The notes under the pieces were generated by a model that was not told the DNA's origin, made no database searches, and was given only the letters and a program-made list of their open reading frames with translations. A stretch of DNA of 63,199 nucleotides, the filler included, from Globobulimina sp. (Eukaryota), in NCBI GenBank assembly GCA_003354225.1. It is 33 parts of 33 records of this genome, joined end to end, with 100 filler letters (N's around TTAATTAATTAA, not from the genome) between each part and the next. Parts side by side here need not be neighbours in the genome. Positions count along the whole stretch, not along the records: positions 47,964 to 49,781 come from PIVH01011594.1; positions 49,882 to 51,699 come from PIVH01011595.1; positions 51,800 to 53,616 come from PIVH01011596.1; positions 53,717 to 55,533 come from PIVH01011597.1; positions 55,634 to 57,450 come from PIVH01011598.1; positions 57,551 to 59,367 come from PIVH01011599.1; 27 more parts are not named here. One strand, given 5' to 3'. Positions 47,974 to 59,467 of the stretch are shown here, in pieces. The translations under genes were made by a program, and so were the position numbers. Every line of letters begins with the position of its first letter. Within the stretch, counting starts at the first letter, position 1.

Positions 47974-49781
47974 ATGGAAGCACAAGAAGTCCAACAAAGT
48001 GCTTCTTTATCAACAACCATAAAATTAAAATCAGCCACACTTAAATTGAACGATGGCAATACAATCCCTATTATAGGTATAGGCACCCATTTACTGTCAA
48101 GAACCCTGAAATGTATTCGCAGTCAAGAGCATAAAGAATCAGCTCAAGACAAAAAGGACGATGGAAAGGACGATGAAAAGGAAGAAGCCCAATTTAAACA
48201 AGCTGTAATCACTGCTGTTAAGTGTGGATATCGACATATTGACACTGCACAAGGTATAAATAAACTAATTTAATTTCTATTTCTATTCTTCCAATCGTCC
48301 AATCACAAACCAATCCGTTTACATAGTATACCGTACCGAGAAAGTGGTAGCGAGTGCATTAAAAGAGTTATACGCCGCCAATATCATCACTCGCAAAGAC
48401 ATATTCATCACCACCAAAATCTCTCCAACCGTCCGCGAACCGCAAGCTATCCGTGACTCGATCTCGCAGTCCTTATCCGAGTTAGATGTAAAATACATCG
48501 ATTTGATGTTAATACATTCACCACACACTACCAACAACGGTGCAGATGTCATTTTATTGTACAAAATCTTGCATGAATACCGCCGTAAGGGCATCATTCG
48601 GAGTGTGGGTGTGAGTAATTTCCATGTATCTCATTTAGAAATATTAGCCAGAGGCTGCGCATCATTGTCATTACCGGTACCGGCCTGTAATCAGATTGAA
48701 TGCCATCCATTCTTGCAAGAGACTGCCATCATTGATTATTGCCGCAATAAAGGTATAATAATATGTAGTTACAGTCCCTTAGCGCACGCCGAGCGGAGTC
48801 TCATTCAAAATGCGATATTGACGCAAATCGCAGTCAAATACAAGAAGACATGGAGTCAGATAATGCTACGATGGCAGATCCAAAGAGGCTTTCTCGCCAT
48901 ACCCAAATCAGTGACACCTAAACGCATCATAGCCAATGGCGATTTATTCGAATTTGAGATCGATGCGAGTGATATGGCCAAATTAAATGCATTGCGCAAA
49001 GAGCATGTTCGCGTGGATTGGAATTGCATCAATGAGATAAAATGGGTTACGGCCGACGAGGAGAAGGAGGCGAAGAGCGATGATAAGAAAGATATTGATT
49101 TGTATGTGAATAAATTGAAGGAGAATTTGGAAAATCGGTCAGGTAAAAAAGCGTTGGAAGATAAAAATATTTTGGCGAATAGCGATGTGGCGGATTCCTT
49201 ACAAGCTACGGTGAAGTCGTTGGAGACCCAGCAAAAGAAAGATAAATTAAAACAATTTTTAGAGATAGAAGTGGATGAAAATGAGTTATACAGCAAAGGG
49301 ATAAAGAAAAATAAAGGAATGGTATGGTTATATATTGTGTCTATATTTAATCTGTATATTTTTTTAATTTTTATAAAGGCGGATTCATTGCAAGACAATG
49401 CCACCAATTTAGTGCGTGAACAGAAGAAAGATAAGTTAGCGAAAGGAATGAGGGGACGGGAAGACGCGAATAAATTGACTGAACGCGGCATATTAGGCAG
49501 TCCGACAGTGGCTGATTCATTGCAAGCCACTGTTAAAACATTAGAGACTCAGCAAAAGAAAGATAAATTGAAGCAAGGTATGACCGATAGAGTGGAAGAA
49601 AAAGAGTTATATGAAGCGGGTGTTAAGAAAAATAAAGGAATGGTATGATATTAATTTGATTTGTTTTGTTTATTTTTATCTTAATATATCTAAATAATAT
49701 AACAATATATAGGCAGATTCATTGCAAGATAATGCAAGCAATTTAGCCCTCGCACAGAAAAAAGATAAGTTAAAGCAAGGA
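47974..49781 (+). CDS. Aldo-keto reductase fused to RPEL-like repeats, 3'-partial
   Basis: GYRHIDTAQ|VY, ITTK, LIHSP, GVSNF, NQIECHP, IPKS; introns 48254-48326, 49322-49378, 49643-49712; tail repeats L...L..R.....L..xxIL. Confidence 0.88.
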
Positions 49782-50623
49782 NNNNNNNNNNNNNNNNNNN
49801 NNNNNNNNNNNNNNNNNNNNNNNNNTTAATTAATTAANNNNNNNNNNNNNNNNNNNNNNNNNNNNNNNNNNNNNNNNNNNNACGGCTTTATCTGTGTTAT
49901 CTTCATCAAATTAAATGACATGTTTTGAAAATGGGAAAGTTCCAATTCTCCCATTTTTTTATTTGAAAAACCATTGTTTTTTTTTATTTGAATATTGTTT
50001 TTTTTTAATTTTGTATGTTATGTTCTTTTCTTTTTTGAATGATAATTCCGTTTGAAATGATCAAATGTATTTTTATTTATTTTGAAAACGCAAAAATAAT
50101 ACTTTTTTTTTATCGATACTAAAATATAAGGTTTTGAAATGTGTGTTGTGTTCATGTGCAGCGATGGTTTAATTGTATTTCTTTAATTTACAGATTAATT
50201 CAAAACAAAACAAAGTATCATGTTTGTTTTTTTTTATATTATTTTTTTATTTTTGTTTGTTATAACTTATGTTTGTTTGTATCTATCTTCTTTTATCACC
50301 AATTTTCGTTAATAAATTAATTATTTGTTCCATTCTCTGCACAGTTTCGTTTTTTATCAGCTCCTCACTTTTGTTTTTTTGTTTTGGTTCAATACATTTT
50401 GAAACATTTATCACGAGATATCTTTACCAAAAAAAAACGCCAGTAAAACTGTTTTATTTTTATAGTATTTTACCCATATTTTGTTGACTGTATCAGGCGG
50501 TGGATAATGAGTTACAATCTCTGATTTTCCACTGGGATGTGTTACTTTGCTGTAACTTGGTTTCTCTCTATTTGGTATTCCATCACATTTATGTGAACTT
50601 AATATTAATACTTCATTGAAAGA

Positions 50624-50817
50624 AATGCATTTAAGTCAGAGGTTGAGAGGTTCGGAAGTTTAGGCGTTGAGAAGTTGAGTGGTTCAGAAGTTGAATTATT
50701 AATGAAACAAGAATCCAATTCTACAATACTTTTATCCACCAACTTCCGAACATCCCAACCTCTCAACGCATAAACTTCTGAACCTCTCAACTTCTCAACC
50801 TCTGACTTAAATGCATT
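50624..50817. mobile_element. Foldback/MITE-like element with long imperfect inverted repeats
   Basis: AATGCATTTAAGTCAGAGGTTGAGA... versus ...TCTCAACCTCTGACTTAAATGCATT; arms of about 70-80 bp built from 8-9-bp subrepeats. Confidence 0.75.
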
Positions 50818-50831
50818 CCTTCCATTATATC

Positions 50832-51322
50832 CAGAGCCCATAAGGCGGGTTCAGGTTCGGGTTGGGAACTCGGGTTGGGAAGGGAAGGGAAGTTAAACTA
50901 GGGAACTCGGGAACTTCGGGAAGTTTTTTAACATCATCTGAATATCCGCCTTTTACAAAAGGACGGGTGCGAAGCCCCCGTCCCTTTTGTAAAGGCATCA
51001 ATTGCGATGAAACTGAATTATAGTTTCAGTTTGAGACTGTGTCACTGTCCTACTCTAAGACTGAATTATTATTTTAGTTTGAACAGTGATATTGCATCAG
51101 ATTCAAACATACCAACCACAATCATTGCATCAGTGATATTGCATCAGATCCTGACATTCTCTGAGACTTCGTTTTAGAGGCTGACATTGTAAAAAAGTTG
51201 AAAAAATTTAAAAGTTTTAGGTGAAGTAAATGAGTCAAAACATCCCGGGACCATCCCGGGAGACATCGCGATCATCTCGGGAACTTGCAAAACGTAAAAA
51301 ACAACCCGGGTTGTGGGCTCTG
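50832..51322. mobile_element. hAT-like non-autonomous element
   Basis: TIRs CAGAGCCCATAAGGCGGGTT / AACCCGGGTTGTGGGCTCTG (17 of 20 match), subterminal CGGG/CGGGA clusters, flanks ATTATATC and ATTGTAAA as a possible decayed 8-bp TSD. Confidence 0.6.
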
Positions 51323-52209
51323 ATTGTAAACCCTCTGTGACCTACAAAATCAACCAAAATCCATCCAAAAAATAAGCCATTTAATCCATCCTTTCACATT
51401 TGTATACATTCAATAACTACATCAAATAAATTGCATTACCATTAAAATCAAGAACAACTGTAAAAACTCCGCATATTACAGTTATTTGTTAGTGTTACAC
51501 CGCGTAAACAACGTATAAAATAACACGCAATCAAATTAATTATATTCCACGCATATTAATTGCAGCTCACTTCGAGTGTAATATATTTAAACATTATATC
51601 CGATTGACCTTTTACATCCAGCTAATATTTATAATGGGAAACAAAATATTGAATAAATCACAATCCAACACAACTAAGAATGATGGAATTGACCTTACAN
51701 NNNNNNNNNNNNNNNNNNNNNNNNNNNNNNNNNNNNNNNNNNNTTAATTAATTAANNNNNNNNNNNNNNNNNNNNNNNNNNNNNNNNNNNNNNNNNNNNG
51801 TCAGAGTTGAAATAAAATGACATCAGTACAAACTTTACTAATACAAATTGCGTCAACTTGGCCCAATTTTTGAGCCCAACATAATTTTGCAACTAATTTT
51901 ATCACTTATCGACCCATCCTAACATATTCGGCATCGGTGATACACTTCAATTTCGGCTTTGAAATAATCCCCCTTCTTTTGTTTCTTTACCACCTTTTCA
52001 ACCTTCTGCGCCTTCGCATCTAAAACAGTTTTTCTAATAAACATGTATCAAATTAATTGTGCCACAACTTTTTAAGTGCCATAACGAGTGCTGGTGTCAT
52101 AACTAGTCTGCCTTTTTCCGTTGCGTTTTTTACAGATAATTTTTATTAATAAATTATAATTTATTATACTTAATTTTTTACATTCCTGCGACCATTTAGA
52201 TCATACGCA

Positions 52210-52954
52210 ATGGAAGAAACATTGGTCGAGTCCGAAACTTCTTTTTTTGTAAGCGGCAAGTGTCTAAATGAATGTGAGGCTACTCTCGCTGTTGGTCCCG
52301 AAGAAACTAAACTTTATGTTTGCACTGAACACTTGGCCAAATTCAGTGATTACTTCAAAACCATGTTTTTCGGACCCGGCGATTATAAGGAAAAGAAGGA
52401 GAGATCCGTCACCATTCCCGACGAAACACCGGAAGATATGATCCTTCTTCTCAATCAGTTCGAGCGCGACCCTACATTGCACGTAATACAAGGTACGCAA
52501 ACATATTATTTTATTAACTATTTATTATTAATCAATGTACGCACATTATTAACTATTTTTACTTTTTTCAGAGAATTCAGTCGCCACATTGATTCGTTTG
52601 TGTGACAAGTATCAATGCAAGCAGCTCAGAAAGTGGCTCGCAAAATATGCAAGATTACACGCCGTATATGTCGAGGGAGATTTGGTTGCCGCATGGTTCA
52701 CGAGTTCATTCTTGCACAACATGCCTAAAGAAACGACGGATTTGCTGATGGGTTATGCCGCTTGTCTCCCATTGAAATGTTTACAAAAGCAACGCGATCG
52801 TATGGGAGTGGAGATGTACATCAAATTATTGGAGGCAAAATATCAGGTCGCGATGTCACAGGTTCCAGATGAAGAAAAAAATTGCTTGTGCGCCGAAGAT
52901 TGGTGCTTCTGCGACGAGAGTAAATATCAAACGATATTTCAGAACACTTGTTGA
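52210..52954 (+). CDS. BTB/POZ domain protein, 2 exons
   Basis: ATLAVG....LYV....LA..SDYFKTMFFG..YKE; intron 52493-52571 restores ENSV.TLIRLCDKYQ. Confidence 0.88.
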
Positions 52955-53276
52955 CAATCCGTAATTGAACCTTCTCATACATGTACAGGTGTTGTTTTAC
53001 ATGTAGTACTTTGTGTTGAATTGTTGTCAGTAATTTGATGCCAGTAGTATATTTCAAATAAAGTGAAAATACATAAATCTTACCGTAACCGATCCCTACA
53101 GGTTCAGATGCAGCTAGTTTGCTAAGTTTGCTATTTACTTTTGGTTTTGGTTTCTCGGTTGCTGTCGCTTTTGCCTGTACACTCTTTTTTACTTCGTTTC
53201 CTTCTTGTCTAAAAGTAAGTAAGTAAGTAAGTAGGAAAGTACAACAGGTGTTATTGGTACGAAGAAATATTACTGC

Positions 53277-53616
53277 TTACTTTTCCTTTTCACTTTTTTG
53301 AAGAAGTTTAGTCCGAGATCCGACAGAACTTTCGTCGTCCGAATCTTGTACCTTTATGTACGTATCTTTAATTATCTTTTCGCTCAATCCCGCTTCTTCA
53401 CCTTCGTCGCTGCTACTCTTTCTCGTCTTGACCGTCGTAGCCGTCTTCGCAGTGGAAGCATCACCAAGCGGTGCGTGGACTACTGGTTTGTGAATAAGCA
53501 AGGTGCTGTTTGTGTTCGAAATTTGATTGACGACAGCTGTAAAACCGTCCACAAAATTACTAAAAATTACTGCATTGTACACCGTTTCTTTTGTTACTCT
53601 AACCGATGCTTACCTC
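53277..53616 (-). CDS. C-terminal fragment of a hypothetical protein
   Basis: Open frame from contig end, S/T/E-rich; no recognised motif. Confidence 0.35.
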
Positions 53617-53735
53617 NNNNNNNNNNNNNNNNNNNNNNNNNNNNNNNNNNNNNNNNNNNNTTAATTAATTAANNNNNNNNNNNNNNNNNNNNNNNNNNNN
53701 NNNNNNNNNNNNNNNNAGATGTAGATACTAGTTTC

Positions 53736-55487
53736 ATGTTTTCGTTGTGCAAAACAGTTAAAAAGAAATGTTTCTCTGACAATATTATTACGAGTCTATG
53801 GAATCACCAACAAAGGGCATCAACGGATAAACTGCTAAACATATACAGTTGCCATCCGATTGCATCCCATAAAATATTTAATATATGCGATGACATTATG
53901 AATGCAAATGATATCAGAAGTATCCCTCATGGGTTAGCGATAAAATGCTGTTTCAAAATTTTACAAAAAAGGAATTTATCCCCAACAGAGATTGAAAAAT
54001 GCATAGAAATTTGTAATTTTATGATGAACAAATTGCCGAGAAACCAAATAAACATTAATATTATCGATGCATTGATGACAGCATACAGTAAAAACAAACA
54101 GTACCACAAAGTCATATCATTATATCAAGAATATCACTCAACACACAATGATATGACACATTTGTTGTGCCTGAAAGCGTGTAAATGCGTTGGGAATTTG
54201 GAGTTTGGTGAAAAAATAATCTCAGACCATATACATTATACTGATCAGAATAATAATTTGAACATAAAATTATTGAATACCTGTATTGATTTTTATGGAG
54301 CATTTAAACATGTTGATGCAGCTGAAAATATATTTAATTGCTTAGCTGAATACAAACGGAATGTGGTGAGTGTCAATTCCATGATGACTTGTTATCTGAG
54401 CAATGATTTGAACCATAAATGTTTGACATTGTACCAACAGCAAAGAGATAATATTCAATTGCAATTAAATGATGTGTCCCATTTATTAGCGTTGAAAGCT
54501 TGCGTAAATACTAATAATTATCAGTGTGGCAATGATATCATTAAATCATACATTGCGTTGAATAATAAATCAATCAAATCATATTCCATTCAGTTATTGA
54601 CCACAATTATAGATTTCTATGGAAAATTCAATAAATTTGAGTGTGCACAAAACGTATTTAAGTTAATTCAGCCAAACAACAGAGATATGCAATGTGTCGG
54701 AGCAATGCTGGCAATATATAGCAACAACAAACAGTACGATGAAGTAATGCGTTTATACAAAGAGTGTTCACTGTATAACGAGGGGATATTTGTATTGGTT
54801 ATCAAGGCTTGTTCGCATATTTGTGAATTTGAATTTGGTCGAAAGATTATCTCACAACATATAGATTATCATAACAAAATATATTCATTTCAACTACTCA
54901 CAACAATTATAGATTTTTACGGGAAATGCAAAGACATTGAGTCTGCGCAAAATGTGTTCCAATCAGTTGTTACAACGCAAAGACGCAAGAATAGAGCCGT
55001 TCCTGTTCAGTGTATCGGAGCTTTGATGAAATCATTTATAAATAATGGTTATTGTGAAAATGCTCTCTTTCTTTATCAAAATGTAACAGACAGTTTAAAG
55101 GATGACATCATGCATTTGTTGGCTGTCAAAGCGACATTAAATTTAAATGATTTTGAACGTGGTACACAAATTATCAATTCACTGGATATCGATGTCAATC
55201 TTGCTGATATTGGTAATGTGTGTGCAAAAAGACAATTATTATTAAATACAATTATAGATTTTTATGGTGAAATGGGAGACATTGACAACGCGTTGAGAGT
55301 TTTTAAGAATATTCCGATGGATAAAGTGGACATTGCTGCTGTTACTATTATGATGAATGCATTTTGCGATAATGGGATGAATGAGGAATGCATTCAATTG
55401 TTTTTCTCAATTTTACAAAATGATTTGTATGCGACAATGAAACTAAATGACATTATTTTTTGTGTTGCATCAACTCGACTCGCTTGA
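53736..55487 (+). CDS. Pentatricopeptide repeat protein with PLS-like triplet periodicity
   Basis: Four repeats of LL.TIIDFYG......A..VF / ..AMM..Y..N.....L.LY / ND...LL.LKAC......G..I; possible organellar presequence. Confidence 0.88.
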   Translation: MFSLCKTVKKKCFSDNIITSLWNHQQRASTDKLLNIYSCHPIASHKIFNICDDIMNANDIRSIPHGLAIKCCFKILQKRNLSPTEIEKCIEICNFMMNKLPRNQININIIDALMTAYSKNKQYHKVISLYQEYHSTHNDMTHLLCLKACKCVGNLEFGEKIISDHIHYTDQNNNLNIKLLNTCIDFYGAFKHVDAAENIFNCLAEYKRNVVSVNSMMTCYLSNDLNHKCLTLYQQQRDNIQLQLNDVSHLLALKACVNTNNYQCGNDIIKSYIALNNKSIKSYSIQLLTTIIDFYGKFNKFECAQNVFKLIQPNNRDMQCVGAMLAIYSNNKQYDEVMRLYKECSLYNEGIFVLVIKACSHICEFEFGRKIISQHIDYHNKIYSFQLLTTIIDFYGKCKDIESAQNVFQSVVTTQRRKNRAVPVQCIGALMKSFINNGYCENALFLYQNVTDSLKDDIMHLLAVKATLNLNDFERGTQIINSLDIDVNLADIGNVCAKRQLLLNTIIDFYGEMGDIDNALRVFKNIPMDKVDIAAVTIMMNAFCDNGMNEECIQLFFSILQNDLYATMKLNDIIFCVASTRLA

Positions 55488-55633
55488 GTTTCTGATCCTT
55501 TTGAAATCTGCTGAGATAATTGAACCTTTCAGANNNNNNNNNNNNNNNNNNNNNNNNNNNNNNNNNNNNNNNNNNNNTTAATTAATTAANNNNNNNNNNN
55601 NNNNNNNNNNNNNNNNNNNNNNNNNNNNNNNNN

Positions 55634-56241
55634 TGAATAACAGTTACACTTACAATTACAACCCCAAATACCGCGTCGTCCGGTTACCAAATCCGCCTTC
55701 ATTCCTACGATATGGCTCATTGCAATTCGTAATCATGGACGCTCCGACCGATGACAATCTGACCACTTATATCAAAGTTAATTAACACTATATTTATTTT
55801 AGTTTGCTTTGAAAGCGCATAAATGTTTTCATGTACGTTTTTGTCAAGGAATTAAACGAGAAGTCAGTGCGATGCGTAGTGCGTACTTGTGAGCCAACCT
55901 ACAGTGAAGAGCCCTTAATCGCAGCCAAGATGAGCGTGTTTGATTTACCGTTCCCTGATGGGCATCCTCCGTCAGACGATATCATTACGCAGTGGTTGAG
56001 TTTAGTGGCGGATGAGAATTGCCGTCGACACCGACCTGTGGCAGTCCATTGTGTGGCTGGTTTAGGCCGTGCCCCGGTATTGGTGGCCATAGCGCTGATC
56101 GAGATATCTGGCGTGGATCCGTTGAATGCGATCCATTTAATTCGAAATATACGAAGAGGTGCTATCAATCAACGGCAATATCAATATTTAAAGTCTTATG
56201 TCAGAAAATCCAATAATTGTTGTAATTGTGCTATTTTATAA
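55634..56241 (+). CDS. PTP4A: PRL-type (PTP4A) prenylated protein tyrosine phosphatase
   Basis: FVIMDAPTD.N...YIK|EL (intron 55777-55848), FPDG.PP, VHCVAGLGRAP, RRGAIN, CAAX box CAIL. Confidence 0.93.
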
Positions 56242-57175
56242 AGCATAGAGAATGACTGATTAATGACAGTCGATAGCTGAGTGTCGATTGTTTTTATATT
56301 TTTCTTTTTTCTTTCATGCAAGTTTTTTGTCCAAAATATTGACAAAATTCATTGATGTGTCTGTCTTTTTTTGTGTCTTTTGTTTGTTTATTTCAGTGTA
56401 TCGAGTGTGTTGTGTTGGAATTGATCACTTGTTTTTTTCCCCGTGCTTTTTGATCATGTTTTTCTTTTCTTTTTTCTCCCTGTCGCTGTAAGATAAATTG
56501 TGTGATCTTTTTTTTTCCCTTTTATTATTATTATTTATGTTATTAATATTTGATGTGTATATTTTTATTTTTTATATTGTTGTGTTATAAAAAAGTTAAT
56601 TATTTTTGACTATTTTTAGCCGTTTTTCGCATCCATTTATATCTGACAGTTGCAAAAGCCGATTGTTTCTGTTTTTATACTCTGTCAGATCATATTCGTA
56701 GACAGATCGATAAGCAAATATCCACTTTCACTGTTTTTCTATGAAAAACAAAGAGACAAACAGTATATTTATTATGCCATTATCTCGGTTCACATTTGTT
56801 GGAAACGTAAGAGAAATATTCGGTAAACAGTGGGGGGTTAACTATCTGAATATATATCGTTTAATTATACACACAAACAGTTATGAGCTTACTATACAAA
56901 TTTAAATATATAAATACATGGCTGCAGTATTTCAACTTCTGACTTTTAAAAAGATATTCTGACAGTTTTTTCATCATTTTGCACAGAAAATTTTTTTATG
57001 AATTATCGATGTTGACAAAATATTAAATTGTTTAATTTAATTTAAATTATTATTTGTTCAACCAAACAAATAATCTTATCCCAAATAATAATACAATTCA
57101 GGAATTATCCATATCGTAAAATAAACAATAATCAAACCTAAAATAACTAATTATTGTCCATATCGTAATTCATAT

Positions 57176-57450
57176 TCAATCATTAATACTCTCTTTTGTT
57201 AATTGTTCCTGATAATCTTTGAGGAACTGTAATGATAATGCCTTCGATTTATCATTCGGCAAATTCTTCACCAAGTCACATTCCGCCAAATCTAAATCTA
57301 TCATTTCTCTGTTTACTTTATTACCATACAAATAGATAAATGCCAAACCAAACATTTCCTTTTGTGTATGTATAATATAGTCATCGATGGCTGCCAATAG
57401 CTTCCATCTGACTGCAAATGCAATGATACTTCTAAGCAATCCCTTTTGTG
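57176..57450 (-). CDS. Hypothetical protein C-terminal fragment
   Basis: Open frame from contig end; no recognised motif. Confidence 0.35.
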
Positions 57451-57552
57451 NNNNNNNNNNNNNNNNNNNNNNNNNNNNNNNNNNNNNNNNNNNNTTAATT
57501 AATTAANNNNNNNNNNNNNNNNNNNNNNNNNNNNNNNNNNNNNNNNNNNNAA

Positions 57553-58840
57553 CCCACCCGCCCATCAACGAATCAAACTTATCGTTCGAATCGTTTCTCC
57601 CAATTTACCGCTTGGAATCACTGGATAATTACATCTGTAATAAAGCAACATATTCATAACACATTAATTTGGCTATTATAATGTCACAAAATCAGCCAAA
57701 TTACAACAACAATAATCAACAGCCACAAAATAACAACGAGTCAACATTTATCAACGCAATAAACCACATTGTTACATCCAATGAGAAAGCAAACACTAAA
57801 ACATACTCAAATACATTACGTAAATTTGAACAGTATGTATTTAATACAAATAAAGCATTAAACATCAAAAAACCACAAGAAAATAATGATAAACCACATA
57901 ATAACATAACTACAAATATGCCAATATTTCATAATCATAATTATCATATTAATCAATATCTAAATGATATCCAATTACGTTTATCATTTACAAAACTAAA
58001 AAATAGCATTTCTAACATAAATCCGAAATTTATAAAAATTTATAAAACCATAATCAATATATCTCATTTTGTAATTCCATTAGAACGAAAATTGGAAATC
58101 ACACTACAAATCAGACAATTTCATGATAAATGCCATGAAAAGAATGAATATATACGATTATTGAGCCAATATTCCGTTATGTCATTCCGTGAATATGTCA
58201 ACGGTCTGAAACGGAAAAAAGACGAATTGTCAGACAACATCTTGGCAATTAACAAACAATTAAACTTTGCAAGAATTGCATATCAAAAAAGATTGCAAGT
58301 CACTGAAACAAAGACAATTGACGCAATTATTACGCATCCAAATATCCATATTGATCATATGAGAAATGATTTAGCCACATTTGAATACAAAATCAACCAA
58401 CATTTCCTATTAACAGTCCATTTAATCAATAAAAAATGCATTAAGATTTGTAAAGAATTGTCAATTATGTATAAAAAAGCAAATATCATTAACGACGAAT
58501 TTGAACATGATATTATTGAATGGCTTTACATCACCGATATTATTAAAACATTAAATGCAAATTCTTCAAAGTTTACAGTCATTGATAAATGCAATGAAAT
58601 AAATAAGGATCAAATTATATCAATATTCACAACCAAAGATCGCAATTTATTCACTGATTCTGACCATGAAATGCGATATGAAAACGAAAATGATATTGAT
58701 ATTATTACAAAATTTAAATTACATTATTTAAAAATGCCACATTACAAATTAACGGAGGAATTCCCCGAAAAACCTGACTTTAATCTACATTGGGAGAAAC
58801 GATTCGAACGATAAGTTTGATTCGTTGATGGGCGGGTGGG
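57553..58840. mobile_element. piggyBac-like non-autonomous TIR element (1288 bp)
   Basis: Perfect 52-bp TIRs at 57553-57604 and 58789-58840 with CCC/GGG ends; TTAA at 58841-58844 and AA at 57551-57552 (contig edge). Confidence 0.82.
57681..58814 (+). CDS. Orphan N/I/K-rich ORF carried inside the TIR element
   Basis: Uninterrupted frame of about 377 codons in very AT-rich DNA; stop codon lies inside the right TIR. Confidence 0.6.
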   Translation: MSQNQPNYNNNNQQPQNNNESTFINAINHIVTSNEKANTKTYSNTLRKFEQYVFNTNKALNIKKPQENNDKPHNNITTNMPIFHNHNYHINQYLNDIQLRLSFTKLKNSISNINPKFIKIYKTIINISHFVIPLERKLEITLQIRQFHDKCHEKNEYIRLLSQYSVMSFREYVNGLKRKKDELSDNILAINKQLNFARIAYQKRLQVTETKTIDAIITHPNIHIDHMRNDLATFEYKINQHFLLTVHLINKKCIKICKELSIMYKKANIINDEFEHDIIEWLYITDIIKTLNANSSKFTVIDKCNEINKDQIISIFTTKDRNLFTDSDHEMRYENENDIDIITKFKLHYLKMPHYKLTEEFPEKPDFNLHWEKRFER

Positions 58841-59467
58841 TTAACACTCGACTTTGTCAGAATAGATCTGAACAGATTCAGAATATTTTGACACTATGGA
58901 TACAGGAACTATTCACTTATTTGCTCCTTTCACTTTGTTTTCTAGCGCCTCGTCTGTTTAAAATGCAGACTTAAGAGAAGTTTTAAGTTATTTGAAAGGT
59001 TTTTTATTTTACAAAGATAAAAAGTTCCAAACACAAGCGAATGGAAACTATTTTATATTTGTAAATCATACAACACACATATGAGTCAAACACAATTTAT
59101 AACAAAGTAAAAAAGAAATTAAATAGAAAAATAAATAAAATGAATATATTATTATTATAGATTGGGTGCAATAAACTATTTCCATTCGTGATGCATTCGT
59201 AGATATGAATTTATATTATTACAATATTTGTTTACAAATTGTATTCTTTGATGTTTTAGATGCTCAGGAATGTAATCTAAAGCACGGCGATAACTATTTT
59301 GGATTCCCGCCGTGTTGTAAATACGATCATATTCAATAATAATTCTTACAGTTTTTGATTCTTTTTCNNNNNNNNNNNNNNNNNNNNNNNNNNNNNNNNN
59401 NNNNNNNNNNNTTAATTAATTAANNNNNNNNNNNNNNNNNNNNNNNNNNNNNNNNNNNNNNNNNNNN

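Noticed and set aside
50605-50841. 78-aa ORF
   Set aside because: Lies entirely over the foldback repeat; no coding signal
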